Source of the DNA: Methanotrichaceae archaeon
Lineage (GTDB): Archaea > Halobacteriota > Methanosarcinia > Methanotrichales > Methanotrichaceae
DNA length: 64,000 nucleotides
Reading direction: 5' to 3'
Assembly: GCA_963803145.1 (NCBI GenBank)
Contig: CAWDLW010000011.1
Span: forward strand, 1 to 64,000
Made by a program: the position numbers and the translations under genes. The notes under the pieces are model-generated. The model was given only the letters and a program-made list of their open reading frames with translations, had not been told where the DNA came from and searched no databases. Numbering within the stretch: the stretch's first letter is position 1; each line of letters starts with the position of its first letter. Shown one piece after another: positions 28,924 through 39,271 of this stretch.

Positions 28924-29197
28924 GGCTTCTCTACTATTTTTTACTAAAAGCCTTCAGCATCCTTGAATTCTTTTTCTCAGAATACACAACATCATCAGAA
29001 TACACTGCGGCATCTGAAGCTTCCTCTTTGATCTCTTGTTAGCCGCTGTGTCTCTTGCACTGTCTTCTCTGCCCCAATAGGCAAAGGGCTTCCTAGAATT
29101 TGGGCATGAAGAAGCAAGGATTACTAGCCTTGCAAAAGGGCAGATTCAAATATGTTTTATATAGATCCAGTGCATCCTCATCCTACGGGTACATATC

Positions 29198-29653
29198 GTG
29201 AGTTTACATAGCGGTGGCGTTTTATTATATAGGTTTAGAGGCGATGAACTTCAGATCTTGCTCGTTCACCCCGGAGGCCCATTTTGGAAGAAAAAGGATG
29301 AGGGAGCTTGGTCGATACCCAAAGGGCAGTTTGAAGAGAACGAAAGCCCGCTTGATGCTGCCAAAAGAGAATTCAAGGAAGAAACCGGCTTTGACGCTGA
29401 TGGGAACTTTGTTGATCTTGGATCGATAAAGCAATCCAGCAAAAAGATAATACATGCCTGGGCGCTGGAAAGCGATTTAGATGAAACAAAGATCGTCAGC
29501 AATAACTTTGAGCTTGAATGGCCCAAAAATTCAGGACGTATGAAAGAATTCCCTGAAATAGATAAAGCAGGCTGGTTCAATATAGAACAGGCTAAGAAAA
29601 AGATGCAGAAAGGCCAGCTTGGCTTTATTAATAGACTTATGTCGAAATTATAA
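29198..29653 (+). CDS. NUDIX hydrolase
   Basis: LLVHPGGPFW...WSIPKG...AAKREFKEETG Nudix box. Confidence 0.93.
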   Translation: MSLHSGGVLLYRFRGDELQILLVHPGGPFWKKKDEGAWSIPKGQFEENESPLDAAKREFKEETGFDADGNFVDLGSIKQSSKKIIHAWALESDLDETKIVSNNFELEWPKNSGRMKEFPEIDKAGWFNIEQAKKKMQKGQLGFINRLMSKL

Positions 29654-29696
29654 CTTGCCTGTCTATCTTATACAACTTCCTAATTGCTACATCTAT

Positions 29697-30281
29697 CTAT
29701 TTTCCCTTGATCTCCCCACCAATTGAGAATGCTCTGCCCAAAGATTTCCCTATGCCGTTGTATTTGCGGCCCTCTGGAGAGAATATAATGGGCATTACCT
29801 TTTCTATATCCGGAACTCCATCTGTGCCCAAAACGGTTTCATCGGCCTTGACATCCATGACTTCGCCTATGAACTCTGTATGCAGCCCAATCTCAATATG
29901 GCGGAGCAATTTGCACTCAAGGATCAGAGGGAACTCTTTGACATAAGGAGCATCCACAAGATCGCTCTTGACAGGGTTAAGACCCGTCGCCTTGAACTTA
30001 TCCATATCACGTCCAGATACTATGCCGAAGTAATCTGCCTCCTTTACATGCCTCTCTGAAGGTATGCTCACTGTGAATGCTTTGCGTTCCAGAATATTTC
30101 CGTAGGTGTAAGTCGCCTTCCTAAGGGAAACATAGATGCAGGGAGGGACAGAGCAGCATATTCCAGCCCAGGCTGCGGTCATAACGTTGGGCTTTCCATT
30201 TTTGTCGTATGTCCCCACAACGAAGACGGGCGTAGGGTATACTATTGTTTTTGCTCCCAGGGATTTCTTCATGAAGGTCAT
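29697..30281 (-). CDS. Flavin reductase family protein (flavoredoxin-like)
   Basis: [11 protein letters not shown]...NVMTAAW...[10 protein letters not shown]...LECK...HTEFIGEV. Confidence 0.9.
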   Translation of the reverse strand: MTFMKKSLGAKTIVYPTPVFVVGTYDKNGKPNVMTAAWAGICCSVPPCIYVSLRKATYTYGNILERKAFTVSIPSERHVKEADYFGIVSGRDMDKFKATGLNPVKSDLVDAPYVKEFPLILECKLLRHIEIGLHTEFIGEVMDVKADETVLGTDGVPDIEKVMPIIFSPEGRKYNGIGKSLGRAFSIGGEIKGK

Positions 30282-30445
30282 CTCATTATTATGAAGGCGT
30301 CATATCCATAAATTTGTGGCGATACCTTCCTTTCCTCAGGATTTTTGGAAATTTTGTACAAAATCCACAACCTTTTTCGTCAAGGATAACATATAGAGTC
30401 ATAGATATTTGGTTCTCGGAGCATGATCGTAGGAGAAGTACATCC

Positions 30446-30883
30446 ATGGGAGAAATACAACCAGGTGAAGACACTGCTAGCCACTGGTTCAAGCTTGGCA
30501 ATGCACTGGCCAGTGGAGGTCAGTATGAAGAAGCAGTTAAGGCGTTGGATAAGGCAATCGAGCTTAATCCTAAGGATTCAGAAGTCTGGAACAACAGGGG
30601 AATCGTTCTTTTTTTCCTGAAAAAGAGTAAAGAGGCCATCTGGTCTTTTGAGAGGTCTACAACGATTGACCCAAGGAATGCAGAAGCCTGGTACAATCGA
30701 GGCATTGTGCTTTGCAGCCTGGAAAGGTACGAGGATGCTGTAGTCTCCCTGGAAAAGGCTCTGGAGATTGATCCACAGAGTGCAATCGTCTGGCACAACA
30801 AAGGAGTTGCTCTCAAGCACCTTGGCAGGGATAATGAGGCCAGGTTTGCTTTTATGTGTGCTGGCAGGCTTGGGATGAGCTAA
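30446..30883 (+). CDS. TPR protein
   Basis: Four TPR-like repeats (WNNRG, WYNRG, WHNKG); start moved to ATG 30446 after AGGAG. Confidence 0.88.
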   Translation: MGEIQPGEDTASHWFKLGNALASGGQYEEAVKALDKAIELNPKDSEVWNNRGIVLFFLKKSKEAIWSFERSTTIDPRNAEAWYNRGIVLCSLERYEDAVVSLEKALEIDPQSAIVWHNKGVALKHLGRDNEARFAFMCAGRLGMS

Positions 30884-31063
30884 GGATGGAGTTTGCGTGA
30901 TGCTTCTAAAGTTGTAGTGAAGTCTTGTAGTGAAGCCGCAATAGGGGTTCATGAGTTCGATCCTCACCAAAAGCATATAGCGAGTATAAAGTGAACCACG
31001 ATATGCAAGCGCAGTCTCTGTCATGTTCCACCATATTTTCTTTTCAGCAGAAGTCAGCGACCT

Positions 31064-32224
31064 TTAACGAAAATCAGCGATTATCAGGCTAAGCTCATCG
31101 GCATGAGCGGCATTTTCCAGAACATCTCTTATCTCATCGCTGTTCTGGGGATCATGGATATAGCTTACATGCTCCTCGTAGCCCTTGATTATATGCTCCA
31201 GTGATCCATCCGGAATCCTCTGGCCGCCTGTAGTCTCCGATCTTCCGTTATAAAGCACGAGAACCTTGATAGGTATATTTCTTTGTACGGCCTCCAGCAG
31301 CCCTATATGGCCGGCAGCGATGAAGGCAAAGTCGCCCGTGACCGCCCAGGCAGGACTGCATCCGGCCAGATATGCGCCTATCGCCAGAGGAACGCTTCCA
31401 CCCATGTACGTTGTCACATCGATGCAGTTGTAAGGAGGCAAAGCGAAAAGCGTAGACATTCCTGTGTCGCCAGTCACAATCGGGCCTCTCATGGATTTGA
31501 GTGCATCGAAAAGCTTGGCGTACTTCTCGGCAATCGGTCTCCATTTCTCAGGCAGCGATTCTGGAATCGGCGAGATAGAAGGCTTCGGGATGCTTGTCCA
31601 GTCGCCTCGCTGGTTTTTGCAGCGCAGAACTTGGCTCTGGTAATTGCAAAATGGTGGACAAAGAACATGCTGGGTTATGTCTCTGCTGTAAATGCGCTGA
31701 CAAACGCTTGCCCTCCTCTGTTCTGGAACTTGTGAAGACCTACTCACATCACTTGCATCTATGACTATTGCGTAGGGAAGATGGTATCTTTCAGAGATCT
31801 CAAAGCCTTCCAGAACATCTTCATATACGTTTTCCAAATCCGCAGATTTATGAGGGATGCCTATTCCCTTTACAAAGGCCAGAGTATCGAGAATACAGTC
31901 AGATTGTATCCCTTTGATATCATCTACTACAATTGCAACGAATCCTGCGTTCGTCCCAGAGTAAAGAGAATCGCTTACGCTGTTTCCTGCCTTGATGAAT
32001 CCATGGGCCTTGAGGGCTGTGAATGCCCTTTTGCCCGCCAGGGCAGCGCCATGAGCAATTGTGTATGCTACCTCCTCATGGAATGATATAACCGGCCTCT
32101 GGCCTGAAGTGATGCAATAATCATAGTATACTTCTGTAGCTCCGAGGCCCGGCACATAGGTCGCGATATCAACGCCCATATCCTGCATCGCCAGACCGAT
32201 TGCCTCTGAGACCTTCGCTCTCAT
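31064..32224 (-). CDS. TPP-dependent enzyme, compact IorA-like
   Basis: HEEVAY...KAHG; YMGGSVPLAIG; TPP motif GDFAF...N and TTGGQ. Confidence 0.8.
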   Translation of the reverse strand: MRAKVSEAIGLAMQDMGVDIATYVPGLGATEVYYDYCITSGQRPVISFHEEVAYTIAHGAALAGKRAFTALKAHGFIKAGNSVSDSLYSGTNAGFVAIVVDDIKGIQSDCILDTLAFVKGIGIPHKSADLENVYEDVLEGFEISERYHLPYAIVIDASDVSRSSQVPEQRRASVCQRIYSRDITQHVLCPPFCNYQSQVLRCKNQRGDWTSIPKPSISPIPESLPEKWRPIAEKYAKLFDALKSMRGPIVTGDTGMSTLFALPPYNCIDVTTYMGGSVPLAIGAYLAGCSPAWAVTGDFAFIAAGHIGLLEAVQRNIPIKVLVLYNGRSETTGGQRIPDGSLEHIIKGYEEHVSYIHDPQNSDEIRDVLENAAHADELSLIIADFR

Positions 32225-32280
32225 ATTGCAAGCAGTTTCACGATCATTTTATAAACTTTTGCATTTTATCTTCGGAGATT

Positions 32281-33306
32281 TCAGAACTTGCGCAGATGTA
32301 CAATCGTTCTGTAGCCCGCAAGCACAAGCCCATAGACTGCAGGACCAACGATAACACCTGATGGCCCTATTATGAATATGGGTGCGGTAAAGGCCAGTAT
32401 CGTAAGCAACGGATGAACTGATGCTCCAATCATCACCAGCCGCGGGCGAAGCAGATATTCTGGAAAGGCGACTAGGAAAATCTCGCCAAAAAAGAGCAGT
32501 TCAAATGCTCTTGTGTAGTCATGGATGATTAAATAGTAGATGGCCATTGGCACAAAGAGCGTTGCTGGCCCAAGCTCTGGAAGCAGAGCAAAGAAGCCAA
32601 GCACTATGCCCCATGTTATAGGAAAGGGTATCCCTATAAGAAAGAAGCCTATTATAGCTATGATTGCGCTTACTACTGCTATAAGAAAATGGACACGAAA
32701 AAAAATGTTATAGATAATGTTTAACTCCTCGAGAAAATTATGAACGATTGTTTTTTGAGGTATAATTTCAAAAATTCTGTTAACTAGGCCTCTACCCTCG
32801 GTAAAAAGATAGTACGTGAAGATTACTAGCAGCACAAGTTGAGCAAGATATACAGGAATATTGGGAACGAACCCAGAGATATTCTCCTTCAAAATTTCGG
32901 TGACTGAAGAGGCAATCGATGAAGGGGCGACGCCTAGAAGAGAGACCCATGGTGCTGGAAGGACTCTTTCCATAAACATCTCAATTGCCTGGGAAAGGCT
33001 CGATTCCCGGATATAGGTTGCACCTCCAGAGCTTATCTGGCCTGATACCTCGGCAAGCAAGCGGCTTACAACAAAGAGAACAAGATACAAAATTAGGGAT
33101 GATGCCGAAAATATAGTGATCAACGATGAGATTTGCTTATTCCCGGTAAGGCGTAGAAGATAAGCATAGATTGGATAAAGAAGATACGTCATAAAAATGC
33201 TAAAAAGAAATGTGGTCAGGAACACCTTCGTCAGGTATACGGCTGCAATTAGCGATATGATAAAAAGGGCTACGGCAATCGTATAGAATCTAGCGCGAAG
33301 GTTCAT
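32281..33306 (-). CDS. AI-2E family transporter
   Basis: Multi-TM; YLLRPRL...VHPLLTILAF...GVIVGP. Confidence 0.88.
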   Translation of the reverse strand: MNLRARFYTIAVALFIISLIAAVYLTKVFLTTFLFSIFMTYLLYPIYAYLLRLTGNKQISSLITIFSASSLILYLVLFVVSRLLAEVSGQISSGGATYIRESSLSQAIEMFMERVLPAPWVSLLGVAPSSIASSVTEILKENISGFVPNIPVYLAQLVLLVIFTYYLFTEGRGLVNRIFEIIPQKTIVHNFLEELNIIYNIFFRVHFLIAVVSAIIAIIGFFLIGIPFPITWGIVLGFFALLPELGPATLFVPMAIYYLIIHDYTRAFELLFFGEIFLVAFPEYLLRPRLVMIGASVHPLLTILAFTAPIFIIGPSGVIVGPAVYGLVLAGYRTIVHLRKF

Positions 33307-33372
33307 AGATATTAATTGGCGCCAGTTCTGATATACTTTTTGTTTTAATTAATAAAGTATCCAAGTGGTATA

Positions 33373-33834
33373 ATGAGAAGAAGTGATAGGGAGATCGTCG
33401 ATCGGGCGGATATGGAATCGATAATCTTGAAGTCTCCGATCTGCAGATTGGCTATGTGCGAAGGCGGCATCCCTTATGTGGTTCCCCTTTGCTTCGGCTA
33501 TGAAGAGGGAACTCTGTATTTCCATTCTGCATCTGTTGGCAGGAAGCTGGAGATGCTCAGGAGAAATAATAAAGTCTGCTTTGAGATGGATATAGACCAG
33601 GAGCTTATTAGGCCTCGTGATAGCAGCAGCAGTTGCAGTATGAGATATAGGAGCGTTATAGGATATGGAGAGGCCTCTTTTATCGATGATCCTGCCGAGA
33701 AGCGGAAGGCTCTGGATGTAATCATGCGCCATTATTCCCAGGCGCCGCTTGCATATCCTGAGGATATACTTGTTCGCACCACTATTTTCAAGGTTAGGGT
33801 TGAAAGCATGACCGGAAAGAAATCTGGGTATTAA
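33373..33834 (+). CDS. Pyridoxamine 5'-phosphate oxidase-like / NimA family protein
   Basis: MRRSDREI, PYVVPLCFGY, YFHSA..GRK and YRSVIGYG motifs. Confidence 0.9.
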   Translation: MRRSDREIVDRADMESIILKSPICRLAMCEGGIPYVVPLCFGYEEGTLYFHSASVGRKLEMLRRNNKVCFEMDIDQELIRPRDSSSSCSMRYRSVIGYGEASFIDDPAEKRKALDVIMRHYSQAPLAYPEDILVRTTIFKVRVESMTGKKSGY

Positions 33835-34098
33835 TTTATGTAAATTTGAACTGACTTCTATAGATCCATTATAACCTTTGGCAACGACGAAAAGCGGCTT
33901 CCTGCGCAGTCTTCTAGTAGGCATCATGCCAGGCTTTATGGCCATTATCGCTCTGCCAGATCACAATCTACCTAGCCTCAATTTTTTAATCCCCTGAGGA
34001 TTCTGGCAACACTCCCTAATGCAAAAGTATAGCCATTTCTTACTGAGCAGCATCAGAAACAACCTATATATTACCAAGACCTATAGGAAAGATCAGGA

Positions 34099-34848
34099 AT
34101 GAAGAAATTGGCCTTAGCTGGGTTAAATCTTGCCTGCATAATCCTGATTGTCTCTTGCGTCGGCCTCAGTGGGGCAAAGAGTGTCTCCTCGCCGTATGCA
34201 TCTCTATATAATAACTCAAATATCAATGACTCAGGTATAGATTGGTTTCCACGAATAAACACAACAACCCTTGAGATCTCGAAAAATGTCGATTTCATCT
34301 CCGGCTTGAAGGGCTATCAGCAGACAACCGATTATACCTGCGGTCCGGCAGCCCTGCTCTCTCTGGCCAAGTTCTATGGAATGCCGGGCATCGAGGAGAA
34401 TGCAGCGACAGAAATGCGGATCGCTAAAGAGGTGGGCAGTAGGGATCTGAACTCCTCCCAGCCTGGCACCAAGCCCCAGGAGATGGTGGCCTGGCTCGAG
34501 AAGAACGGCTTCAATGCGCGATTTGAGTTTGAGAATAAGGGCGATGGATCTGCACTACAGCGGTTGAGAGATAATATTCATCGCGGCATCCCAACCATTA
34601 TCGAGTGGATCGATCTTGGCGGACATTGGGCAATAGCAGTCGGATATGATTATCGCAACGTAAGCGATCCTTGGGATGACGTTCTTATTCTGGCAGATCC
34701 TTACGATAGGTATGACGATTACCAGGACGGGTACTCTTTCGTGAATGCTAATCGCTTTTACTGGATGTGGTTCGATGCTCTGTACTTCGGTAACGTTACT
34801 TGGAGAACCATGATTACTGCCACGCCGAAGGTGCCTTTCAGGCGATAA
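34099..34848 (+). CDS. Exported C39-like cysteine peptidase
   Basis: QQTTDYTCGPAAL, GHW and LADP triad; signal peptide. Confidence 0.85.
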   Translation: MKKLALAGLNLACIILIVSCVGLSGAKSVSSPYASLYNNSNINDSGIDWFPRINTTTLEISKNVDFISGLKGYQQTTDYTCGPAALLSLAKFYGMPGIEENAATEMRIAKEVGSRDLNSSQPGTKPQEMVAWLEKNGFNARFEFENKGDGSALQRLRDNIHRGIPTIIEWIDLGGHWAIAVGYDYRNVSDPWDDVLILADPYDRYDDYQDGYSFVNANRFYWMWFDALYFGNVTWRTMITATPKVPFRR

Positions 34849-35244
34849 CTAGTGATGTCGATTATGTGTACTGTTGCATTGGAGGTGGTGACAGTTAAAA
34901 CCCTTATCCTTTAACCACTACCTTTGCTGCGAAGCACCCTAGTGCAACAGTACAGCCTCTATCTCTGCATAAAAGCTATAGATGCATACTGGATATTATC
35001 GCGACGTTAAAATCAGGGTTGCGAGCCTTATCTACCCATCCTAGAAATGTTCGCTAAGGAAGCAGTTAAAGAATGCAACAGATGAGAATTATAACTATAA
35101 ATAAGGCCCGATCCTCGATTTCGGAAAACTTTTTCGCCGATCCTGTAACAATCGTTATCGGCTGTTCAAATAGTTTCTTGGATAAACTTAAGTATCATCA
35201 TTCTAAGGAGGTATATCGCATGAAATTCGAGTTACACTTAGTCC

Positions 35245-36861
35245 ATGGAGCTTGATAGTTTGGCACCTTTTATAGAGATTAGGGATCTAAAAGTTCGATT
35301 TGGTGATGTTGAAGTCCTGCGCAACATCAATTTAGTCATCGAGGAGGGAGAATCTGTAGGCATTTTAGGCAGAAGCGGCTCAGGCAAAAGCGTTTTGATG
35401 CACGTTCTGCGTGGAGTTGAGTCCTTCCCTGGCATCAGCGGGAGCGTGATATATCATGTGGCCAGATGCAAGAAGTGCAGACAGGTCGAGCCTCCCAGCC
35501 AGGCTGGCCAAAAGTGCAGGTGCGGAGGAATACTTGAGCCTGTTGATGTCGATATTGTAGCCCTTGATGTAAATGATCCATTGCGGCGAGATGTCGCCCG
35601 AAGGATCGCAATAATGCTGCAGAGAACATTTGCTCTCTATGGCGATGAGCGTGTGATAATCAACGTTATGAGGGCTGTCGAGGAGTCGGGCGGCACTATA
35701 AGCGTTAATCGTGCGGCCGATCTATTGGATGAAGTGAACATGTCCCATAGAATGATGCACGTTGCACGTGAGCTTTCAGGCGGCGAGAAACAGCGCGTCG
35801 TTCTGGCAAGACAGCTCGCAAAATCGCCCATGATCCTCCTTGCAGACGAGCCCACAGGAACTCTTGATCCATCGACTGCAAAGGTGGTTCACGATTCCAT
35901 CAGGCACGCAGTCAAGGATTTCAATATGACGCTGATCATCACCAGCCACTGGGAGGATGTGATGATCGATCTTGCTGACAGAGCAATCTTTCTAGATCAG
36001 GGAGAAATCAAGGCTGTCGGAGCGCCGAAGGATGTAGCAGCTCAATTCCTTTCAATGGCGGGCGAGCTTGGACTGCGCAAGGCTGTTGAGGTAGGAGAGC
36101 CCATAATCACGGTCAAAAATGTCTCCAAACGTTACATCAGCATAGATCGTGGCGTCGTCAAGGCTGTGGATAACGTAAGCTTCGATGTTTATGAAGGCGA
36201 GATATTTGGCCTTGTGGGCGTCAGCGGCGGCGGCAAAACCACACTATCTAGGCTCATAAGCGGGCTAGTCGCACCGACCACCGGAAACATATCCGTTAGA
36301 GTCGGAGATGATTGGGTAGATATGACGGTTCTCGGTTCTGGTGGCAGAGGAAGGGCCACAAAATATATCGGAGTGCTTCACCAGGAGTATACGCTTTATC
36401 CCTCCAGATCTGTTATCGAAAATCTGACAGAGTCAATAGGCTTATCGCTTCCATTCGAGCTTGCGGAAAGAAAGGCAATTCATACACTCACTACAGTTGG
36501 CTTTACAGAAGAACAGGCTGAGGTAGTGCTGGCCAAAATGCCTGATGAGCTGAGTGAAGGCGAGCGTCACAGGGTTGCCATGGCTCAGGTGCTGATAAAA
36601 GAGCCCAGCATAATTATTCTGGATGAGCCGACTGGAACCATGGATGCCATAACCAAGGTCGAGGTAACGAAATCTATCCTCAGCGCTCGCGAAGAGCTGG
36701 GTGAGACATTTGTCATAGTCAGCCATGATATGGACTTCGTGAAAAACGTATGCGATAGGGCTATGCTCATACGGAATGGGAAGACCGTATTCACTGGCAA
36801 TCCTGATGAAGTCCTGGCCAAGATTACTGAAGAGGAAGAGAAGGAGCTGCTGGGGAGTTGA
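35245..36861 (+). CDS. atwA: Methyl-coenzyme M reductase system component A2
   Basis: Two ABC ATPase domains, a Zn insert and RIAIMLQRTFALYG; heads the marker cluster. Confidence 0.95.
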   Translation: MELDSLAPFIEIRDLKVRFGDVEVLRNINLVIEEGESVGILGRSGSGKSVLMHVLRGVESFPGISGSVIYHVARCKKCRQVEPPSQAGQKCRCGGILEPVDVDIVALDVNDPLRRDVARRIAIMLQRTFALYGDERVIINVMRAVEESGGTISVNRAADLLDEVNMSHRMMHVARELSGGEKQRVVLARQLAKSPMILLADEPTGTLDPSTAKVVHDSIRHAVKDFNMTLIITSHWEDVMIDLADRAIFLDQGEIKAVGAPKDVAAQFLSMAGELGLRKAVEVGEPIITVKNVSKRYISIDRGVVKAVDNVSFDVYEGEIFGLVGVSGGGKTTLSRLISGLVAPTTGNISVRVGDDWVDMTVLGSGGRGRATKYIGVLHQEYTLYPSRSVIENLTESIGLSLPFELAERKAIHTLTTVGFTEEQAEVVLAKMPDELSEGERHRVAMAQVLIKEPSIIILDEPTGTMDAITKVEVTKSILSAREELGETFVIVSHDMDFVKNVCDRAMLIRNGKTVFTGNPDEVLAKITEEEEKELLGS

Positions 36862-36862
36862 A

Positions 36863-38395
36863 TTGAAGGTTTTTGTTGACGGAAAGGAGATCGATCTTGC
36901 CCGGGATGCTAGCCTAGGCGATGCACTGAGTAAGGCCGGCGCCCGGACTGCCGAAGGCTCAATAGTTGGGATCATTCGGGGCCGAGGTGAAAAGGCGCGT
37001 CAGACCAACTCTTACTGGCTAAATACCACAAAGGGCAAGCTTAGGATAGAGCTCTTGGATACTGAGCTCACGAAGATCTGGCATGATAATCTGGACAAGA
37101 TACAGGGCCTGGAGGTAAGATGGGCATCTCAGGATGGCATGTCCTTCGGCCCATTTGCGACAAAGCTTGCCTGGACTAGAGAGGCTTATGAGTATAACCG
37201 CTGGGAAATCGTTCTTGGAGCAGCTGGATTCGAGGCAGAAAGAACACAGCTTATATTCGTTAGAAGAAGGCATACAGCGGCTTATGGAGCCCCCGTCAAA
37301 GGCGGAGTCTTTGCTCACGTAGTCGGCGGCAAGAACACCCTTGATAGACTGGGGTCAGGAGACAAGATACTTGGCATAGAGCCGATAGTCGAGTGGGAGG
37401 ATCTAACGGAAAAGCTTGCCACACAGGATTTGAACGTTTCTCTGACAGACGGCATGGAGATAATTACGCATCTCGATATTGAGCTTATAGAGGATGCCCC
37501 ATTAGGCTCAGAATTCTTCCTTGCCCTGACCAGAGATGGTACCTTCAAAGTCGATTCTGTTTCAAGCTCCTATATCTCCTCAGATGATCTTTTGGGCGAA
37601 CCCATAAGCTATGAGCACAGGGAGCCGCGGCTTGAAGGTATTGTAACTATACGCACCAGCGGCCGGGGCCACGGCAGAATCTTTCTGTATAAAGCAGATA
37701 GGACCTCAAACCCAGGCCATTCTGTTGTAGCACGCGTTACTGCGGGCATGGATATGGTAAAGCTCGCACGCGCTGGGGATCTTCTTACTGCACATGTTAA
37801 GCCTGAAAGAATCATGCTGATGGGGGAGAGGCTAAACCAAGCTTTAGAGCCCCTAAAGAAGCAAGGCATCGAGGCAGAAATAAACGGATATTCGGGCGAA
37901 GATGCAGTCATTATAAAACAAAATCCCGGTACAACGATGGAGGTAATCAGGGATAAACGGGTCGAATTAACGACAATGCCTGCTAACCGCTTAGTTGCTA
38001 TAGAGCTTTATTATGATAAAGCCCCGAAGACCCTGGATTACTTCAGGCATATCACAGGTTTGAAAGAGCGACCTGTGGGACCATTACCCGTCTACTTTGT
38101 CTATGAAAACACTTTGCTCTTCAAGCCGGAGATTGATGCAGTCAGCTATAAGGAGTTGCTTCCTGAAAATAAGCCTACAGGTCCGGTTCCGGCCGGCTCA
38201 ATAGCGGTATCCAATCAGGTAGCTAAAAAAATAGGGCTGGTGGGAACTCGGCTTGTAGAAGATAAGCGTTATGGGCCTTCTGGAGAAAAGTTTGAGGCAA
38301 CGAATATCATAGGCAGAGTCCTCGAGCCTGATAAATTGAAAGATGTTAAGGAGGGAGAGACAGTTTATGTCCTGGAGGTGCGAAAATTAAGGTAA
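36863..38395 (+). CDS. mmp3: Methanogenesis marker protein 3
   Basis: Cyclophilin-like halves; APKTLDYFRHITGL...YGPSGEKFEATNIIG; TTG start just after the atwA stop. Confidence 0.9.
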   Translation: MKVFVDGKEIDLARDASLGDALSKAGARTAEGSIVGIIRGRGEKARQTNSYWLNTTKGKLRIELLDTELTKIWHDNLDKIQGLEVRWASQDGMSFGPFATKLAWTREAYEYNRWEIVLGAAGFEAERTQLIFVRRRHTAAYGAPVKGGVFAHVVGGKNTLDRLGSGDKILGIEPIVEWEDLTEKLATQDLNVSLTDGMEIITHLDIELIEDAPLGSEFFLALTRDGTFKVDSVSSSYISSDDLLGEPISYEHREPRLEGIVTIRTSGRGHGRIFLYKADRTSNPGHSVVARVTAGMDMVKLARAGDLLTAHVKPERIMLMGERLNQALEPLKKQGIEAEINGYSGEDAVIIKQNPGTTMEVIRDKRVELTTMPANRLVAIELYYDKAPKTLDYFRHITGLKERPVGPLPVYFVYENTLLFKPEIDAVSYKELLPENKPTGPVPAGSIAVSNQVAKKIGLVGTRLVEDKRYGPSGEKFEATNIIGRVLEPDKLKDVKEGETVYVLEVRKLR

Positions 38396-38805
38396 CGAAG
38401 TATGTAATAACCTCCCCCGAATCTGATGTCCTCCCGGCAGATATCGCTATGAAAATCTACGGCTCAAAGCATGATGTGAATGTTAAAGAAACCTGCTTTG
38501 GAGTCATCATCAATGGCGAAGAAGATGTGATTGGCGAGGTTATCAAGGAGCTCAGGGCTTTGGACCCTGTTGGAATATTTATTAAGGACAGAGGATTCCC
38601 CCCCGGAGACCGCAGGCGCTGCCGCGGCATTCGTGGCGGAGGACCCAGGCCCGGGTTTTACATGCTTGAATCTGAGTCCAAGATGCTTCCTATGATATCC
38701 AAGGCTCTGGCTTCTGAGGGGAAGGTACCTATGACGGGAGAGGCTCAGAGGAAGAAACCTCTTCCACCTAAGAGGCTTGAAGAGATTGTAAAAGAGGAGT
38801 TATAA
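38386..38805 (+). CDS. mmp6: Methanogenesis marker protein 6 (probable ATT start)
   Basis: KETCFG...KDRGFPPGDRRRCR...GGPRPGF; frame open upstream of ATG 38449, with GGAGGTG 5 nt before ATT 38386. Confidence 0.85.
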   Translation: MKVTKYVITSPESDVLPADIAMKIYGSKHDVNVKETCFGVIINGEEDVIGEVIKELRALDPVGIFIKDRGFPPGDRRRCRGIRGGGPRPGFYMLESESKMLPMISKALASEGKVPMTGEAQRKKPLPPKRLEEIVKEEL

Positions 38806-38833
38806 TTATTTTGAATTTATTCAGAGGTATTTC

Positions 38834-39271
38834 ATGGCTAAAGTCATAGTATATCCTCCAACCAGCATGATACTTGCAGATCTCGTGGAGAGGATGGGCC
38901 ATAAGGCGCTTGTTGTGCCAGAAAAGGTCAGGGAATTGGTGACTGCCGGGAAGGTCGAGTCGCCACCCCTGAACATCACTCCTGAAGAGCCCAAGAAAGG
39001 GCTACGCTATGCTGCTGTAGATGTTCCATCCGGTGTACGTGGGCGAATGGCTCTCATCGGGCCTATGATCGAGGAGGCTCAGGCTGCGATAATCGTCGAA
39101 GACCCCGGCTGGCTTACAGGCTGCGCAGGATGCTCCCGTACAAATGAGCTTGTACGGCTGCTGATAAAAACTAAGGGCATACCAATTCTTGAGCTGAGCT
39201 ATCCAAAGGATGATGCGGAGGCCAGGGTGTTTGTGCATAAGATCAAGGAGTTTCTGGAGGGGTTGAAGTGA
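38834..39271 (+). CDS. mmp5: Methanogenesis marker protein 5
   Basis: [17 protein letters not shown]...[11 protein letters not shown]. Confidence 0.9.
   Translation: MAKVIVYPPTSMILADLVERMGHKALVVPEKVRELVTAGKVESPPLNITPEEPKKGLRYAAVDVPSGVRGRMALIGPMIEEAQAAIIVEDPGWLTGCAGCSRTNELVRLLIKTKGIPILELSYPKDDAEARVFVHKIKEFLEGLK

Noticed and set aside
36776-36862. ORF-track N-terminal extensions (mmp3; also 30314, 54922, 61196, 12764)
   Set aside because: They overlap neighbouring genes or promoters; downstream starts with an RBS or typical family N-termini fit better.
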